DNA of 55,801 nt, the filler included, from Catajapyx aquilonaris (Eukaryota): NCBI GenBank assembly GCA_000934665.2. It is 2 parts of 2 records of this genome, joined end to end, with 100 filler letters (N's around TTAATTAATTAA, not from the genome) between each part and the next. Parts side by side here need not be neighbours in the genome. Positions count along the whole stretch, not along the records: positions 27,898 to 55,801 come from JYFJ02004997.1; 1 more part is not named here. One strand, given 5' to 3'. Positions 34,669-48,575 of the stretch are shown piece by piece. The number at the start of each line of letters is the position of its first letter. Within the stretch, counting starts at the first letter, position 1. Both the position numbers and the translations under genes were made by a program. The notes beneath the pieces are model-generated. The model was given only the letters and a program-made list of their open reading frames with translations. It was not told the DNA's origin and did not search any database.

Positions 34669-35929
34669 ACAACCAAAGTAACTTTTCTTACCCTCCTGAA
34701 TTTCGAAAATTTTTGGATTTTCTAATTCTGCTTGGCCTATAGTGTTGAGAAAACATCACCTCCGCTGCTAATTTCCACGTTAGCTGGGCGAAAATACAGC
34801 CAAAAGGCGATGTTCCGAAGCCACAACACCTGCATCCGGTCGCGAGTCGCCGGCCATCGCCAACGAGGGATAAATAGGATACAGGCAGGCCGTAAAGGCC
34901 CGCCATCTTTGATGGTTTTGCCATGGCACTTCACGGCAAGAACACGCGCGAATTTGAATATTTTTGCCGTACTTACGGAATTAATACGTAGAAAAGTGCA
35001 TTAAAGGAGCTCATACGGCAGAAATATTCAAATTCCCGCGTGTTCTTGCCGTGAAATGCCACGGCCTGGATCAAAGATGGCGGACCTTTACGGCCTGCCT
35101 GTACCCTATTCAGCCCCCTGACACAGCCCACCTACATGTATGATGACCGAGATGATGACGGTAGGTTAATAACTGTGTCTTGGCCAGACGGCGCTGATGG
35201 CGGAACATGGCGGATGTCCCTCCAGTGGAGCCTCCATATGGCTGCCGCCATCTTGAAGACTCATTCCGGTTGGCTGGCAGGTCAATCTGCCTACGGGTGG
35301 ATGCCAAAAAAAATATGCCGAAAAATAAGTACGGTACTGCTAGCTATCTTGTCATGTCTAAATGAAATAAATAGCACACTTACAATGCTCAGTAAATTGT
35401 GCAGAAGGCATTCTGGACACACCAAAAATGTCAAGAGAGCAGGAGGTGATTGTAAAAGAGCATTGTAAGTGTACTATTTATTTTATTTAGACATGACTAA
35501 AGATAGCTAGCAGTACCGTACTTATTTTTTGGCATATTTTTTGGCACCCACCCGTAGGCAGATTGACTTGCCAGCCACCGGAATGAGTCTTCAAGATGGC
35601 GGCAGACATATGGAGGCTCCACTGGAGGGAAATCCGCCATGTTCCGCCATCAGCGCCGTCAGACCAGGACACAGGTGTTAACCTACCGTATTCGAGGAGT
35701 GTCATAGGCCTGACCCTATTTATCCCTCGTTGGCTCTGGCCGGCGCGGCGACTCGCGACCGGATGCAAGTGTTGTGTCTTCGGAACATCGCCTTTTGGCT
35801 GTATTTTCACCCTGCTAACGTGGAAATTAGAATCGGAGATGATGTTTTCTCAACACTATAGACCAAGCAGAATTAGAAAATCCACAAATTTTCAAAATTC
35901 AGGAGGGTAAGAACAGTTCCTTTGGTTGT
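34669..35929. mobile_element. Fold-back DNA element with long inverted arms
   Basis: 34669-34880 inverted to 35712-35929; 35158-35400 inverted to 35457-35690; short central spacer. Confidence 0.85.
34882..35101. mobile_element. Palindromic MITE nested in the left fold-back arm
   Basis: TIR caggcaggccgtaaagg...cctttacggcctgcctg, TA flanks (inverted match may extend to 34873-35110); absent from the right arm. Confidence 0.8.
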
Positions 35930-35945
35930 CAATTACTTACGCCTG

Positions 35946-36219
35946 CCCCCCCATGGTATCTCCACCTTATCGTGGTGGTGGGGTTTGCGTTTCTCCCGTG
36001 ACACCAAGAGCTATGCCGGCGGTAGCTTCGTCTACTGGTAGGGCCACCCAAGCCGGACAGGTCTTTGGGATATGAGACAGCCTAAGAGAGATACCAGTCT
36101 TTCCTCTCTTCTTTTTCCTCTTCGTTTCTCTCTCCATCTGTCCCACCTTTGCTTCTTCTACAGCCAGATAGCCACAGTTGCTTTGGCTTCTTCCTAATAA
36201 ACTAAACTAAACTAAACTA
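35946..36219 (+). mobile_element. RTE-derived short retroposon, copy 2
   Basis: Near-identical to 15810-16083; (AAACT)n tail; TSD acgcctg. Confidence 0.85.
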
Positions 36220-37409
36220 ACGCCTGATTTAATTTTAAAGTAACATTGCAGGTTGGATCTGAAAGTTGCATGAGAGGGGTATTATGCTTAGGCTACGTCA
36301 TTAAGTGACTTTGAAACACAAGCAGCTCATAGGATTTTCCTTCGCTATGTCTTCATTCAAAAGCCTATTTTCCTTGTCGCTTCAGTTTATATTTCAGTTT
36401 TAGATATCTAATTAAAGTAGGCATTTAAGGTATCAGAGAATTTTAATAATGTGTAAGAACTACCGTACCGAGGGATTAACTTACGAGAAAATATTTGGTT
36501 CTTCTATGTTAAGAAATTTTTAGTACAGTTTAAAAATCCTTCCAAATGTCAGTTACTGTGAATTTATCACTACATTTCTGTACTGGAAAAGGGACTCACT
36601 CTTGACAATTAATAACAATAAGCACCTATATGATGGCGAAGGAGTCATTTACTGTGCTTTGAATGCCTGTTGCTTAATAGCTGAAGGCGGAGACAAGCAA
36701 TGAGAGCCACCGTGATCGATACAATTTTCCGCTCTTATTGCGCATGATGCACTAGTCCATATGGGACCTAACTAGTCACACCTGGATGAACAAGATCTGA
36801 GTGTTCCCGATGTGCTACAGGGCTGAAACTTTGCCATAAAATGGCCTTTGCTATCGAAGCCCAGGGAAAAGTAATTAATCCGGAACTTTTTACCTGGAAC
36901 CGCGCCAGAAATGTAATTTCTCCGGGTTTCCATATCAGTTTGCTCGACCGAAACATCCTCATGCTAATGAGTTTCTGTAAAAAAAAAAAAAAGGTCGCAT
37001 ATCAGATTTAAATACCATGACAGCTTCCGGGGTGGGCTTATTATCCTCGCATGTGTGATGTGCCTTGATGTCTTCTACATGGTTTTCCGGAACAAAGACA
37101 GTGAAAATTTGTACCCTCCTTTGAGTGGTTAACTGCGGGACATACATAGAGTTGGAAAAATTCATAGCCAATTGGAGACCGGTATGGTGAAAATGTAGTA
37201 CCATCGTCCACATCTATAGCATGAAAATGCGATGACGCACTTGATTTTCAGAATATTTTGTGCCAGATTTAGAGTGCACATTTTTTCTTTATAGAGCGGG
37301 AACGAGTGCGAAGCCTAACGAGTGAGAAGTAGCATGTACTGGACAGTGAAAATAACGAGTAATTAAGGTGAAGTTTTAGAAATATCCTGCTCTAAATATG
37401 CAACCAGAA

Positions 37410-37746
37410 AGGGGAGATGAAGTGGCGTCGCGGTAACGCGTGCGCCCACGGATATGAAGGTCCCGGGTTCAATCCCCACCCGGGGTTCCCACCTTTATCC
37501 GTGCAGAGTTGGGCCATCTCTGGCTTCATTTCGGGGGGCAATTTCCGACAGACTAAGCCACCCGGGGGAGTTCACAAAATGACCAATTAACGACAGCGCA
37601 CATGCACTTTGCACATCCCCTCCCACCTACCCTTGGAGTACACTAATAAGATCCTTCTTAACTCACTCCCAACAAATCCCGATGGTGGTAATTCCACTCC
37701 CCCCTAAGGAGTAGATAGCTCCCCCCGTGGGGTAATGTAAAAAAAA
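37410..37746 (+). mobile_element. tRNA-derived SINE (family X, tail type 1)
   Basis: Box A tggcgtcgcgg, box B ggttcaatccc, poly(A), TSD atgcaaccagaa. Confidence 0.88.
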
Positions 37747-39339
37747 ATGCAACCAGAAGGGTTGTGTGTGTATGCAGCATGTACACTATTACTAGACTTC
37801 CGATGGCATACCAATTTCCACATATTTCACCCTAATGTAAACCAATAAAGCAGATAGTAAGCTATGTCATGTATGCCATGGATGGGCAGGATTATTAAAT
37901 GATGCGGGAAAATTATTGTCTGCTATGCACGAGTTACTCTTCTAATGAATGCTGTGTTGTACTGTACACAAATAATACACGAGGCCCAGAAAATTGTAAC
38001 CTGACAGGTATAAGCTTAAAACAGCAGATATATCCCTTATATTTGCTCTCAAAGGATAAACATACAAAAAACTTTCTAAAGTGTTTCTGAGAAGTTTGAG
38101 CAAAGGACAAAAGTTTTCTTCAGGGAATTTTGTACTGTACTCCCTATAGTTTCACTGACGGTCACTACTCTTCGTACCTTTGTACAAACCAGTGCACGGA
38201 GGCAAGGCAAACAACACAGTCTGGAAAAGTGGGGGAAAGGTTTCAGATCCCCCCCCCCCCCCNCCCCCCCCCCTATTGATTACGCAAAAGACTTATACAA
38301 TGCAATCGCAACGAATGAACATGCTAGGAAAAACTCATTTCCAAAAAGAGAATATGTTGGGTAATTGAAAATCTTACGTGAGGTAAGATTTCAGCGTCTT
38401 TTTTTTTGTTTTCAAATCCTAGTAGCGTAATTAGTTTTCCTCCTCTTCCACATCATATCTGAAAAATTTCAATTTGTTGAGTAACACAGCGTTATTTCGC
38501 ACAGAACAGCCTCTAGTTACATTCAACACGGGACATATAAAAAAGTTGAGAGTCTACGGATTGCAAGTTTAAAACGCACATAGAAACGTGAGGCGCTATA
38601 AAACAGGAGTAGAGGCACTTGAATAAGAGTAGGCCTTTTGGGAATACACTCCTGGCATATTGGCAATTTTTACTCACGCCGAAATTACTATTCGTTTATT
38701 ACGGTATACAGAATTAGAAACTGGACTGAATTGACGGTCCTCGCACATCCCAGGTGAAGACTAAGTTCGGAAATGACTGAAATGACATCCAATAGATGAA
38801 TTGCTTGGTGCCCTCGCGGTACAGATGACGATGATGTGAAAGGTGAGAGAATTAGCAATCACGTCTCAAAAGAGGTAGGCTACTGTACCATTGATGGGAC
38901 TTGGCTGCACTGAAGGATAACCCAAAGAGACGTGCGATACTAAGCTTATTAATCATGGCTGACTTGTTGCCTGCAGAGAGAGGAAAGGTATAATGTTGGA
39001 AGACAACGGTTCTCAGGACAATCCTTCGTCTTATTATGCAGTAGGCTACATCTTCATAACTCGGTCGGATCTGTCTTGCGCTTTGTGAGAACCTTCCCAC
39101 AGTTGTCCTGTTCGACTACCCCACTTGATGCTCCAATCATACCCACTCCATCCTTCCACTATAAAAAGGGAGGGAATTTCATGAAGTGGGGCCAGACTAC
39201 CAGCAGGTGTCTCCAGGGTTGGAGCTCCTCCGGGGAGCAGCTCCCTTACGGCCACTAACAGCAGCTACGAGAAGCCTTACGAGCACGTCTACGGCCAGCA
39301 GCTACTGGAAGTCCTGCGAGTACGTCTACGAGAGCAGTA

Positions 39340-39511
39340 CAGTGTTGGACATAAATCGAGGCATACTGCTAGCGACATTTTCCGGAGCGGCAGAAGAGAG
39401 AATCTTGCTCGCCCGGCTTGCAGTATCCTTATCTTCGATTCCGTCTTCTGCCGATTTGGAAAATGTCGCTAGCTACCAGTGTTCGAATGCCTCGATTAAT
39501 GTCCAACACTG
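39340..39511. mobile_element. About 170-bp palindromic MITE, copy 1
   Basis: TIR cagtgttggacat; gTA/TAc flanks. Confidence 0.85.
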
Positions 39512-39560
39512 TACGAGAAGTAGATGCAAGAGGAAGCCATATCAAGAAGAAGCCTGCGTA

Positions 39561-39738
39561 CAGTGTTGGACATTAATCGAGGCATTCGAGGCACTGGTAG
39601 CTAGCGACATTTTCCGAAGCGGCAAAAGAAGGAATTGAAGATAAGGATACTGCAAGCCGGGTGAGCAAGATTCCTCCTTTTGCCGCTTCGGAAAATGTCG
39701 CTAGCAGTATGCCTCGATATATGTAATGTCCAACACTG
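39561..39738. mobile_element. Same MITE, copy 2 (opposite orientation)
   Basis: Reverse-complement match to copy 1; gTA/TAc flanks. Confidence 0.85.
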
Positions 39739-41949
39739 TACCAGCACGCCTCCCTTTCTATACTTTGCCCTTACTTTGTACTCAACAGTCCAAAAAGAAT
39801 TGTCCCTCTTTTTGAACTGTTGATACCAATACCCGCAGTGTATTGTAAACCCTTTGAGAGCAATACATGTGGTCGAGGGAGGAATGTGACTATCTCATAC
39901 TTCCTCTCCTTTCAAGCATCTTACACGCTCTGCATGGGCTACAGTCGCATGGTTTTAACACATTTTTGGGGGGATGGGTGTGCCATTAAGGTGTTAACTT
40001 TTGGTGACATTTCCATATGAATTACACTAGGAATAGATCCTGCTGGTTATAGTATACCCACAACCACCCATCAGGATTTTCCCTGCAGGTTACATGGTGT
40101 TACTAAAGCATGATTGCCACACTCAGCAGCAGCCAAAAAGTAGTATTTTGGTCAAATTTTGGTATTGTAATGGATCAAGGAATCGCTCTCTAACCGCACA
40201 TTACGTGGGAATTACTGACCACTCTGCATAGCTACAACCCTCTCTGTGAAGAGTTGCGAGCTCATTCTTCATATGGGATATTGAAACTTGGCTTGCAGAT
40301 GAAAATATGCTGCGCAATATTGCGCACCTTACTAATTATTTCATAACTGGATGATTTTTTAAGCTTCCGAAAAACTAATCTCTGCGCTCCAAATACGTCC
40401 AACGCTCTGGCTGGCACGCTGTATATTTCGCATTTTTAGTTAATTAAATGGAAATGCAATAGCGGATTCCTGTGATACGCTAATTGCAACGATGACATTT
40501 GTGGTAATGAATAGGTCGCAGCTGGTGTGAAAGTGCCGGTTATAATGCACATCCAGGAGACGGACAGGGAAGGATGAAAATAAAGTTTTCTAGGCAGCCA
40601 CAAGTAATCTACTAATTCTTCTTGTTGATTTCAGCTATTTTGCCATTTTAGGTAGGATATGTAAGAAAACTACTTAACCTATATTATATTTTCCTATAGA
40701 CAGTGAGGGCTGTGTACGCACCGGCAGACAGTAAATTCGTGGGGAGAAGAGCAGGAAATATGATGGCGGTAATTATCGCAGTGGGGAATAGGGGGGGGGA
40801 CCGCAATTACTACACGTCAACAGATCCGAAATCACTTCTTGCTGCTCTAATTCAGCGAACACGCTCATTCCAGTGACGTTGCAATGGTACAAAATCGAGA
40901 ATTTGAATGGGGGTCTTTGGGTTGTCGGTGCCCTGATCGGGTCTAGAGCGGAAATACGCCTTCGGGGAACGTGACAAGGAAGGGGACCCGAGGCAAGATG
41001 TTTACCTGGACATGACGCAATCGTCACAAAATTCTCGGTCGTATTTCCTGCTTTGCTCCCAGATCTACTTTGTTGACGGACAAAGTGTTTGGAACTGACA
41101 GCCAAACTTGGGATCGATAGGTTCTCTCTCCCCCCCCCCCCCTCTCTCTTTTTTTACTTTTTTTTTCAGGGAGGGGTGGGTGGGGTGGGTTGGAAGAATT
41201 GCAGGGAGAGAGGATTTAAGCGAACCTATCCTTGGGAGGAGCCTTATCATTTGGCCATTAGGAAACTAATGGGGGCTGGCCCAATCTGGTAGAATACAGG
41301 CTGGGTAGATAGACTTGATCCAAAATGCACGCGAGATCGCCGGTCACAAAAAGGAGGGAGCCGGGGAGTGGGTGGAAGGAAGGCCATCGAGACAATGCCT
41401 CCAAAGGTCTCTCTCTTCCCTCATGGGTGAGGTAATCCTAGTCCCAGATAAAGTAGTTGCCAACTGGCCACATCACCAACGGAGAATCAGCTCGTAAATA
41501 AAGGCCGTTCGTGCTATGGGAAAGGCATGTTAAAGAATGGATAAGCTGCATGCACCGGTGTGTTCAGGCGGGAATGAGATCCACGGAAATATCGATAACA
41601 CTCATTATCTTTTTTAAAGCGCTCTTTAAAGCTGTCATTATCTTACAATCAAATGATTTCGAATGGGACTCGTGCAGTTCATCACGATGCTTACAAGAAA
41701 CGGGTGGACACTAGGGCTTTACAACTTGCCTGATAGGGAACCATTCGGGAACCATTCATCTGGGCTAGTTACTTATTTCCGTTGCAGTGGCCTTCGAATA
41801 GCATGATATTTTGCTTGCTTATGGCTGACACATACGAGGCACTGCAATCACATACTGGCGGATATCCCTCTGGGCCTTGCATTTGCATAGTTATTATTTG
41901 ATTTTTCGCATGGGGTGAACGTATGAGTGCGCCTTCCCCACAAGAGTAT

Positions 41950-42510
41950 CATCTAAAAATCAGAGCAGAATTTGCATACAAGACGAGTTGATAAACTTGG
42001 GGCATTGTCAGATGCCTAACACAACACCCCACCTGATTCACGTGGCCCAAGTGTATCCAACCCATCATATAAGTTTGAGAAGGAAGTGGTGGACGCCGGC
42101 AAGCTGTGGAATCCTTCTGTCCCAACAGAGTGCGGAGGCAAGGCACTCCTCTGGTAGTTTGGCCAGACGAAAAGAGCTCTGGAGGGAGATTGGGGAGGGT
42201 TGTATGTTGAGTAGATGGCAGTAGTGAGGCGCAATATGCGGGCAGGCATCCAGTATGATAGTCCATTGGGGTAGGTGGGGAAGCTGATGAGAAGGGCCAA
42301 CTTTCATCGATTGCAGTCGTAGAACGGGTGGTGGGAGGAAGTAGGGAGTAGGAAGGGAGAAAAACAGACCCTGTTGTTACCCATTTGTATTACGTCGCTC
42401 CGTAGGGAAATTCAGTCTGCTTTGGAGCCCGCCGGTCTTGCACGCCTTGGAGAAAGTTTCGGACTCGTGTAGTTGAAAATTGCATGCAAGTACTTCAGGT
42501 TGTTTGGACG
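41950..42510 (-). pseudogene. Highly decayed LINE APE-endonuclease remnant
   Basis: NNLKYLHAIFN...SDVIQM...LALLISF...AIYSTYNPP follows the APE motif order; many disablements. Confidence 0.4.
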
Positions 42511-43586
42511 GCGTATGGAAAATGATGGAAAAACTATGCCCCTTCTCGCGTGTACCCAAAGACTCTATGGCTAGTGGAAGCATTCTCGGGAACATCGTAT
42601 TGTATAATTATGCATCGTGTTGTTATTTTTTCCGGATAAGACCAGCGGGTTACGAACAGATCGCGACAATAAACCTGCTGGGGTCTGTCGTCAGCAGCAA
42701 GTGAAATCATATGTGACTGTAGCCTTCCAGCTTTAATCCCAGTTTCCACATGGACGTACAGTTCCAGAGCAAACATTGATTTTATTTTTTGGACCCCTTT
42801 CTACTTTTGTCTGAATTCAGTGTGGCAGTGGCCAACGGGTACTAGGCGAAGGGCCACTTGTGTACATAATGATCTGAGCCTCGGGCTGTAAGCTATTAAA
42901 AAGAAAGTGCGCAAAATTATGTCCATCTTGGCCCCAATTTGCTCTGCCTAGTGTTCTCTTTCTCCATTATGTACCCCCTCCTCCCCCTTTCCCTGCAGGG
43001 AAGTCCGCAGAGTAGGTTCTACTTTGTCCAAGCTTTTCCCTGAAAACCTATTTTCTGATTCCTTTTGAAGCTTGGGCACCTTTGTGCAGAATTCAGTTCG
43101 AGAAACATTATGGCCGACTGACAATGAATGGCTATTGTAAGTCGACTATGCTGCTCGTTAATTTAGTTGTTTCTCCACGATTTTCACTGTCAAATCCAGT
43201 GTTCAATAAGAGTAGAAGGAGGCCGTCTAAACAAAGTCACCTTATAGTGTAATCGGTTTTGCGATGCAAAATTCGAATTAAAAAATATTAATGATTAAAA
43301 TAGTCTGGTGCCGAAACAGCTCGTACGAAGCATACCTGTATAGCATCTTGACTTTTGCAGCATGTAATAAGCGCAGGGCTGAGAAGTTTTGTGAGGAAGA
43401 GACGAGTTCCAAGAATGAAAGAACTCTTCGAATATCTCTTGTACAACACAGAGTGGCCGAAAAGTCCCGCGGCCCGCACCATAGGCCAAATCACAGTAAT
43501 TGTTCAACATGTCCTCCATAGATCCTGTACAGGTCTGTAGGGTGGAAATGTGTGCTTGGTTCTTAGACAGGATGGATAAGGCGGCG

Positions 43587-44824
43587 CACAGTAGTACCAA
43601 ATTGAAAAAAGGTGGCCAAATGTCAGAAAATTGTATGATTCGGGGGTTTTCATGATCGAGAAATTTAAATATGTTGCTAAAAATTCAAAATTCGAAATGG
43701 CGGACATTTGAGAGAAAAAGTACTCAAAGGAAATTGGAAATTTTGATATAGGGAGTTTTTAGGTAGAGGACTTCAAATATATTGTTAAAGTTTCAAAATT
43801 CAAAATGGCGGATCCGAAATGGCGGACAATTGAGAGAAAAATTACTCAGATTAAAAATAGAAAATTTGGATTTGGGGGTTTTCCAAGTAGAATAATTCAA
43901 ATCGGGTGTTAAAATTTCAAAAGTCAAAATGGGGGATTCAATATGGCAGACATGTGATAGTAAAAACGACTCAGATTAAAGCAAAAATTGGGACTTGTGG
44001 GATTTCCCATGTAGTAGATTTCAAATTTTACTATCATGTCAGCCATATTGGTTCCCCCATATTTAATTTCGAAATTTTGACAGATTTGAAATATTCTACC
44101 TGGAAAACCCCCAAATCCAGCATTTCGATTTAATATGAGTAGTGATACTAAGATGTCCGCCATATTGGATCCGCCATTTTGAATTCTGAAAATTTAGCAA
44201 ATACGTTTGAAATCTTCTACCTGGGATACCCGCAAATCCCAATTTTCGATTTAATCTGAGTAGTTTTACTCTCAGATATCCACCATTTTGAATTTTTAGC
44301 AACAGATTTGAATTCCCCGACCACCCAGTGCAACTCCTTTTTTTCCACATAGGTTTCCCCTACCGACCCCGGTGACTTTAGAGAGGCACGGAGAGGCTTA
44401 TCAGTAGTTAGGTGGGGTTCCGCATCGCTTGATGAGTTTGTGGCGCTTTTGGCCCGTTCCTTTAGTGCTCAACTCCAGACTGCCCACAGCGAAGCTAGTT
44501 GGGAAACGTGACGAACCAAGACTCCCAAACCGCCCATTCAAATCTAGTAGGCATGGTCCGTTCGTTCCTTATTGCACTGGGCCGGTTCCCATCCACGTTC
44601 CCATGATCCGTTCTCAATTAATAGTAATAATTTTCGTCGCAGTGATGGGTGTCGCTCCATGCACTGTGGAGCAGAAGCGGCCGGGTGGGACTCGGGAGAT
44701 CCACGCGATACAAAAACACTCCTCGGCCGTGTCCCCGACCATGAAAACCCCAAAATCATGAATTTTGTCGGGAAAATGTAATTTTCCGACATTTGGCAAC
44801 TTTTTTCAAATTGGGACTACTGTG
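43587..44824. mobile_element. Transib-like (CAC-terminal) non-autonomous element with internal subrepeats
   Basis: TIR cacagtagtaccaaattgaaaaaagg / cttttttcaaattgggactactgtg; internal aaatggcgg-type repeats in both orientations; left flank CGGCG. Confidence 0.65.
44324..44731 (-). mobile_element. Insertion, probably a 5'-truncated non-LTR element
   Basis: 10-bp TSD tccccgacca (44314-44323 / 44732-44741); T-tract near the left end. Confidence 0.55.
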
Positions 44825-46575
44825 AGTCATTTCGATACGTTTTGTCCTGCCCCGGGGACAGAATCAAGTAGAAGCAGCTGAATTAAGCTGCATCTGTTCC
44901 AGGAACTTCCTCTACACGGTGTAGCTGGCCACAAATAGTCGTGTTACCTCGTATCATCTGTTATGTAGGCCTATTTTTATGAGGAAAAGCGCTAAAATGG
45001 TGGTTTCGGAAACGGTGTTAGTAAAGGACCAAAAGTTTGTATTAGGTACTGTACGTAATAATTGCATCATTTTATCCACAAAGAATGAAGTCATGGCATG
45101 TACTGATCAAAACAATAAATTACTACATACTCCTGGAAATGTCTATACACGGCCAAATGTTGCAAGTTTTGACATGAAACGGAGAATTTCCCGCAACTGA
45201 AATTTTAGTCATTTTTGAGAAGCTCCACACAAGTTCGGAGTAACTTTACCACAAACAAGCGTGCATTGTTTTATGCTCCCATTATTATAAGAATGGATGG
45301 AGACTATAGACAAGTTTCTCCAAAAAAAGCACAAAAGTTGACTGTTGACCGACTTTTTTCGATTTGGTCCTACTGTGCGGTGCGGCGGCCTTCCTGTCCT
45401 GGGCTGTTTTCTGACGAGGACAATTTTTATATGCGGCATGAAGATTCGCAATATGGTCCACCTCTGCACTAGGTTACCATGCCCTAGGCCCAGATTTGGT
45501 TTCTCGTGTGATCAACAACCTACGATTCCGCCTATACAGACCTGTCCGGAACTCGATGGAGAACACATTCAACAATTACTGTGATTTTCCCTACGGTGCG
45601 AGACTTTTCGCACACCCTGTACGATGGAACTACTAGGTAGTTTATTTTTGGTATTGCTTGGGTTGCTTCTAAGATCTGAGGCGAAAGTATAATGTGAAGT
45701 TTTCCTGAGCGACTGGCTGAGTTGTGAACATTATTTTGTATTCGGAAGTTGCGATTTTGTAATTTTTCCGGTCGAACATTGTCACGAACCACTCGAAAAG
45801 CGTGCCGAACCTTTCTGATGTAAATTGCATTAGTTGTTTGGAAGACACATCCTGCCGCGAAAATGGCATGATTGGCATTTGTATAAAATTTCAGTGAAAC
45901 AATCAATATTGGTTGCATGCATCAAAGACCGTTGTCGTGATGAGAGACGATCATTATAGTCTGGAAAATCAACAATGATGGATAGTGCTCTGTAAGGAGG
46001 AGAGCCAAGACCGGATAGTTGCAGTGGCTCTTGACTCTATTGTCCTAGTTCATTTTGGCTGTTTTGGCTTCATTATGGGAAGTAATTTTGAAGTCGCCTT
46101 TTACATGGTGGTAGGGCACATCCTGAACCTCAGTCGACCATCGTGGCACGGGTGTTTGGTGGGTAGCCTTGGCCTACTGAATGAGTCCTATCACCAGAGT
46201 ATTACGGCGATTCAAAATTTTACAAGCGTTTATTTCCTTAAAGAAGCAGAACTTGTCAAAATCAATTAGGATAATTTTGTCTTCGAACATTGCAACAAGC
46301 CTAACTTCGAGAGGAACCATTCCCACCACCATGAAAACCCGACTGTAGAAGAGAACTAGCGGTGTGAAGTGGTAGCTATACAGATCGGTACTTTACAGTC
46401 ATATGTTGATTTGTTGATGCTGATTTGCTCTGTTGATATTTAGGACAAATGTTTTTTTTTTAACTTAGGCCAATCTATCCCTACTTTTGAGACAATGTAA
46501 TATAACGGATGTTATGCATTTTTCAAATAATAAATTAGCAACAATGAGTAGCGTCCGTTAAATCTAAAATTCTTA

Positions 46576-46722
46576 GGGCCTTTTTCTCGAACAGTGGTTC
46601 AAATGTAAACCAGGTTCAAAACCATGTTAATCCCTGATTTGATTGTTGTTAGGCTGTTGTCAAGGGTTTAAATCGGCTTTGAACCGGGTTTACATTTGAA
46701 TCACTGTTCGAGAAAACGGCAC
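46576..46722. mobile_element. PIF/Harbinger-type mini-MITE
   Basis: About 45-bp TIRs (gggcctttttctcgaacagtg / cactgttcgagaaaacggcac); TTA TSD. Confidence 0.75.
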
Positions 46723-48228
46723 TTACTGCATTGCTTCCGTCGAGCACCATTTTGGTACACGGCATGGAATAAGCGCTACTTACGAGCGGACAGTTCTAAC
46801 CGAAACAATAGCAATCCTTTTTACATACGACCCGATTCATGTCCCATCACTGCGACTTCTCTGAAGTCTGTAGACAACCGGTACCAACCGAAACCACTGA
46901 TTTTTGCTTGATAGTTTTGTTGAAACAATCGAAACGACATCATTTTGTATTACCGTACCTTTTCTCATTTGTAAAAAGGACCTGTTCAAGGTTATCCTGA
47001 CTAAGCAAAGCAACCCGCATGGCACAATGATTCATTTCTTTGGATTGGAGCAGATCACTGAAACTTGGCAATGCAGGGGAGTTGGATCGAAATGGCTGCT
47101 GTGCAGCCACTTTAATATATTGTCTTTCAAAGGAAGAATGCTTCTAACAGGTGACCTTCAACTCGTTCAACAGATTGGAGCAAGGGTTCGGCCTTGCTTT
47201 GCCAACGAACGCCATTTTGAATCCCTCTTTCTCTCTCCTCTCTTATCGGGGGATTGGAGGAGAGAGAAAGAGAAGAGAAGGAGAGATACGCGATTGGACA
47301 TACGCGGCATATCAAGATGGGGGTTGCATTTCGCATGTTTGAGTCACGCGTCCGGCATTTGTCCAACGCTATTATTCTTACAACATGGTGTAAAAACCAC
47401 ATAAATTGTCGTGGACACAACTGTTATTATGATATGATGCCCCATGTGGCAACATATTTTGAATACTACCAAGGCCGCCAGATAGCACCACCTACCACAT
47501 CAAAGATGCAGTGAGTGGCGAACACAGCGGGGTATAGCGTAAAACTAGGTGCATAGAATGTACACTACAAGATGAGCCTAATTCTTGTCGTTTGGGTTGT
47601 GGGGCTACTCAGGGTAACCTTGAACAAGTCCTTTACGGGAATATGAGATTAACAATAACGATGCAGTTACAGGCATTACTGATTGATTAACGCACGATCA
47701 ATACTATGTCCAAATAATAAGGCTGCCCATGGCACAGGAAGATACTGCCTATGCGTGATCCAGTGTATAGTAGAGATCAGTGGACGTATATCGCTGACGT
47801 GTGGACGGGAATTCAAAATCGGTTCCTGTTGTGTATGCCCCATTGTCACGGAACCTACTGTACAGTATACATGCGATATTTTGTATGGATCGCTACTGCT
47901 TGGACGAGTTCCATTTCATTGGCTTCATATGTCACCGACAGGCAGAATAGTTTTGACTCCGACAGAGCAGGAGAGTCCGCCAATAGTTCATCTGGTTTTT
48001 GGTCTGGCGCTTTGAAGATGACTCGGTGGAGGGCCCGACACCCGCACCCGGTGTGTCAAATAACCTGCCTCGCGACAATGGAGTAGGCCGCCCTTTTTGC
48101 ATTTCCGAAGGGAACTGCCTTTTCCGCGAATATTATGGTGCATGATCCCATGTTAAAACGAGTGCAATATACGTGCCAAAAGTAATGGGCGACATCTTTA
48201 AAAAAATGTGTGATACTCATCCTCTATT

Positions 48229-48575
48229 TTTTTTTAATAGGGTTAGTGCACCGCCCTAATTGGGCATCTGGCACGGTACCTTTATTTGCTTAAGATGTAC
48301 AAGCTTTTACAAGTGGTCCTTTTCCGTAACGCCCGGGTACCGCGAGCGAAGGGGGGATGAATAGGAGGGGATGTGCAAAGTGCAAGTGCAATGTCTCTAA
48401 CGGTCATTTTGTGAACTCCCCCGGGTGGCTTATTCTGTCGGAAATTGCCACCCGAAATGAAGCCAGAGATGGCCCAACTCTGCACGGATAAAGGTGGGAA
48501 CCCCGGGTGGGGATTAAACCCGGGACCTTCATATCCGTGGGCGCGCGCGTTACCGCGGCGCCACTTCATCTCCCT
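48229..48575 (-). mobile_element. tRNA-derived SINE (family X, tail type 2)
   Basis: Head and body nearly identical to the 37410 copy; 15-bp TSD tactcatcctctatt; different 3' end. Confidence 0.88.

Noticed and set aside
37410..37490. tRNA genes at SINE heads
   Set aside because: A and B boxes are present, but they run into SINE bodies with tails and TSDs; no convincing cloverleaf.
38990..39870. Solo-LTR-like stretch with tataaaa
   Set aside because: No TG...CA pair with a matching TSD and no second copy.
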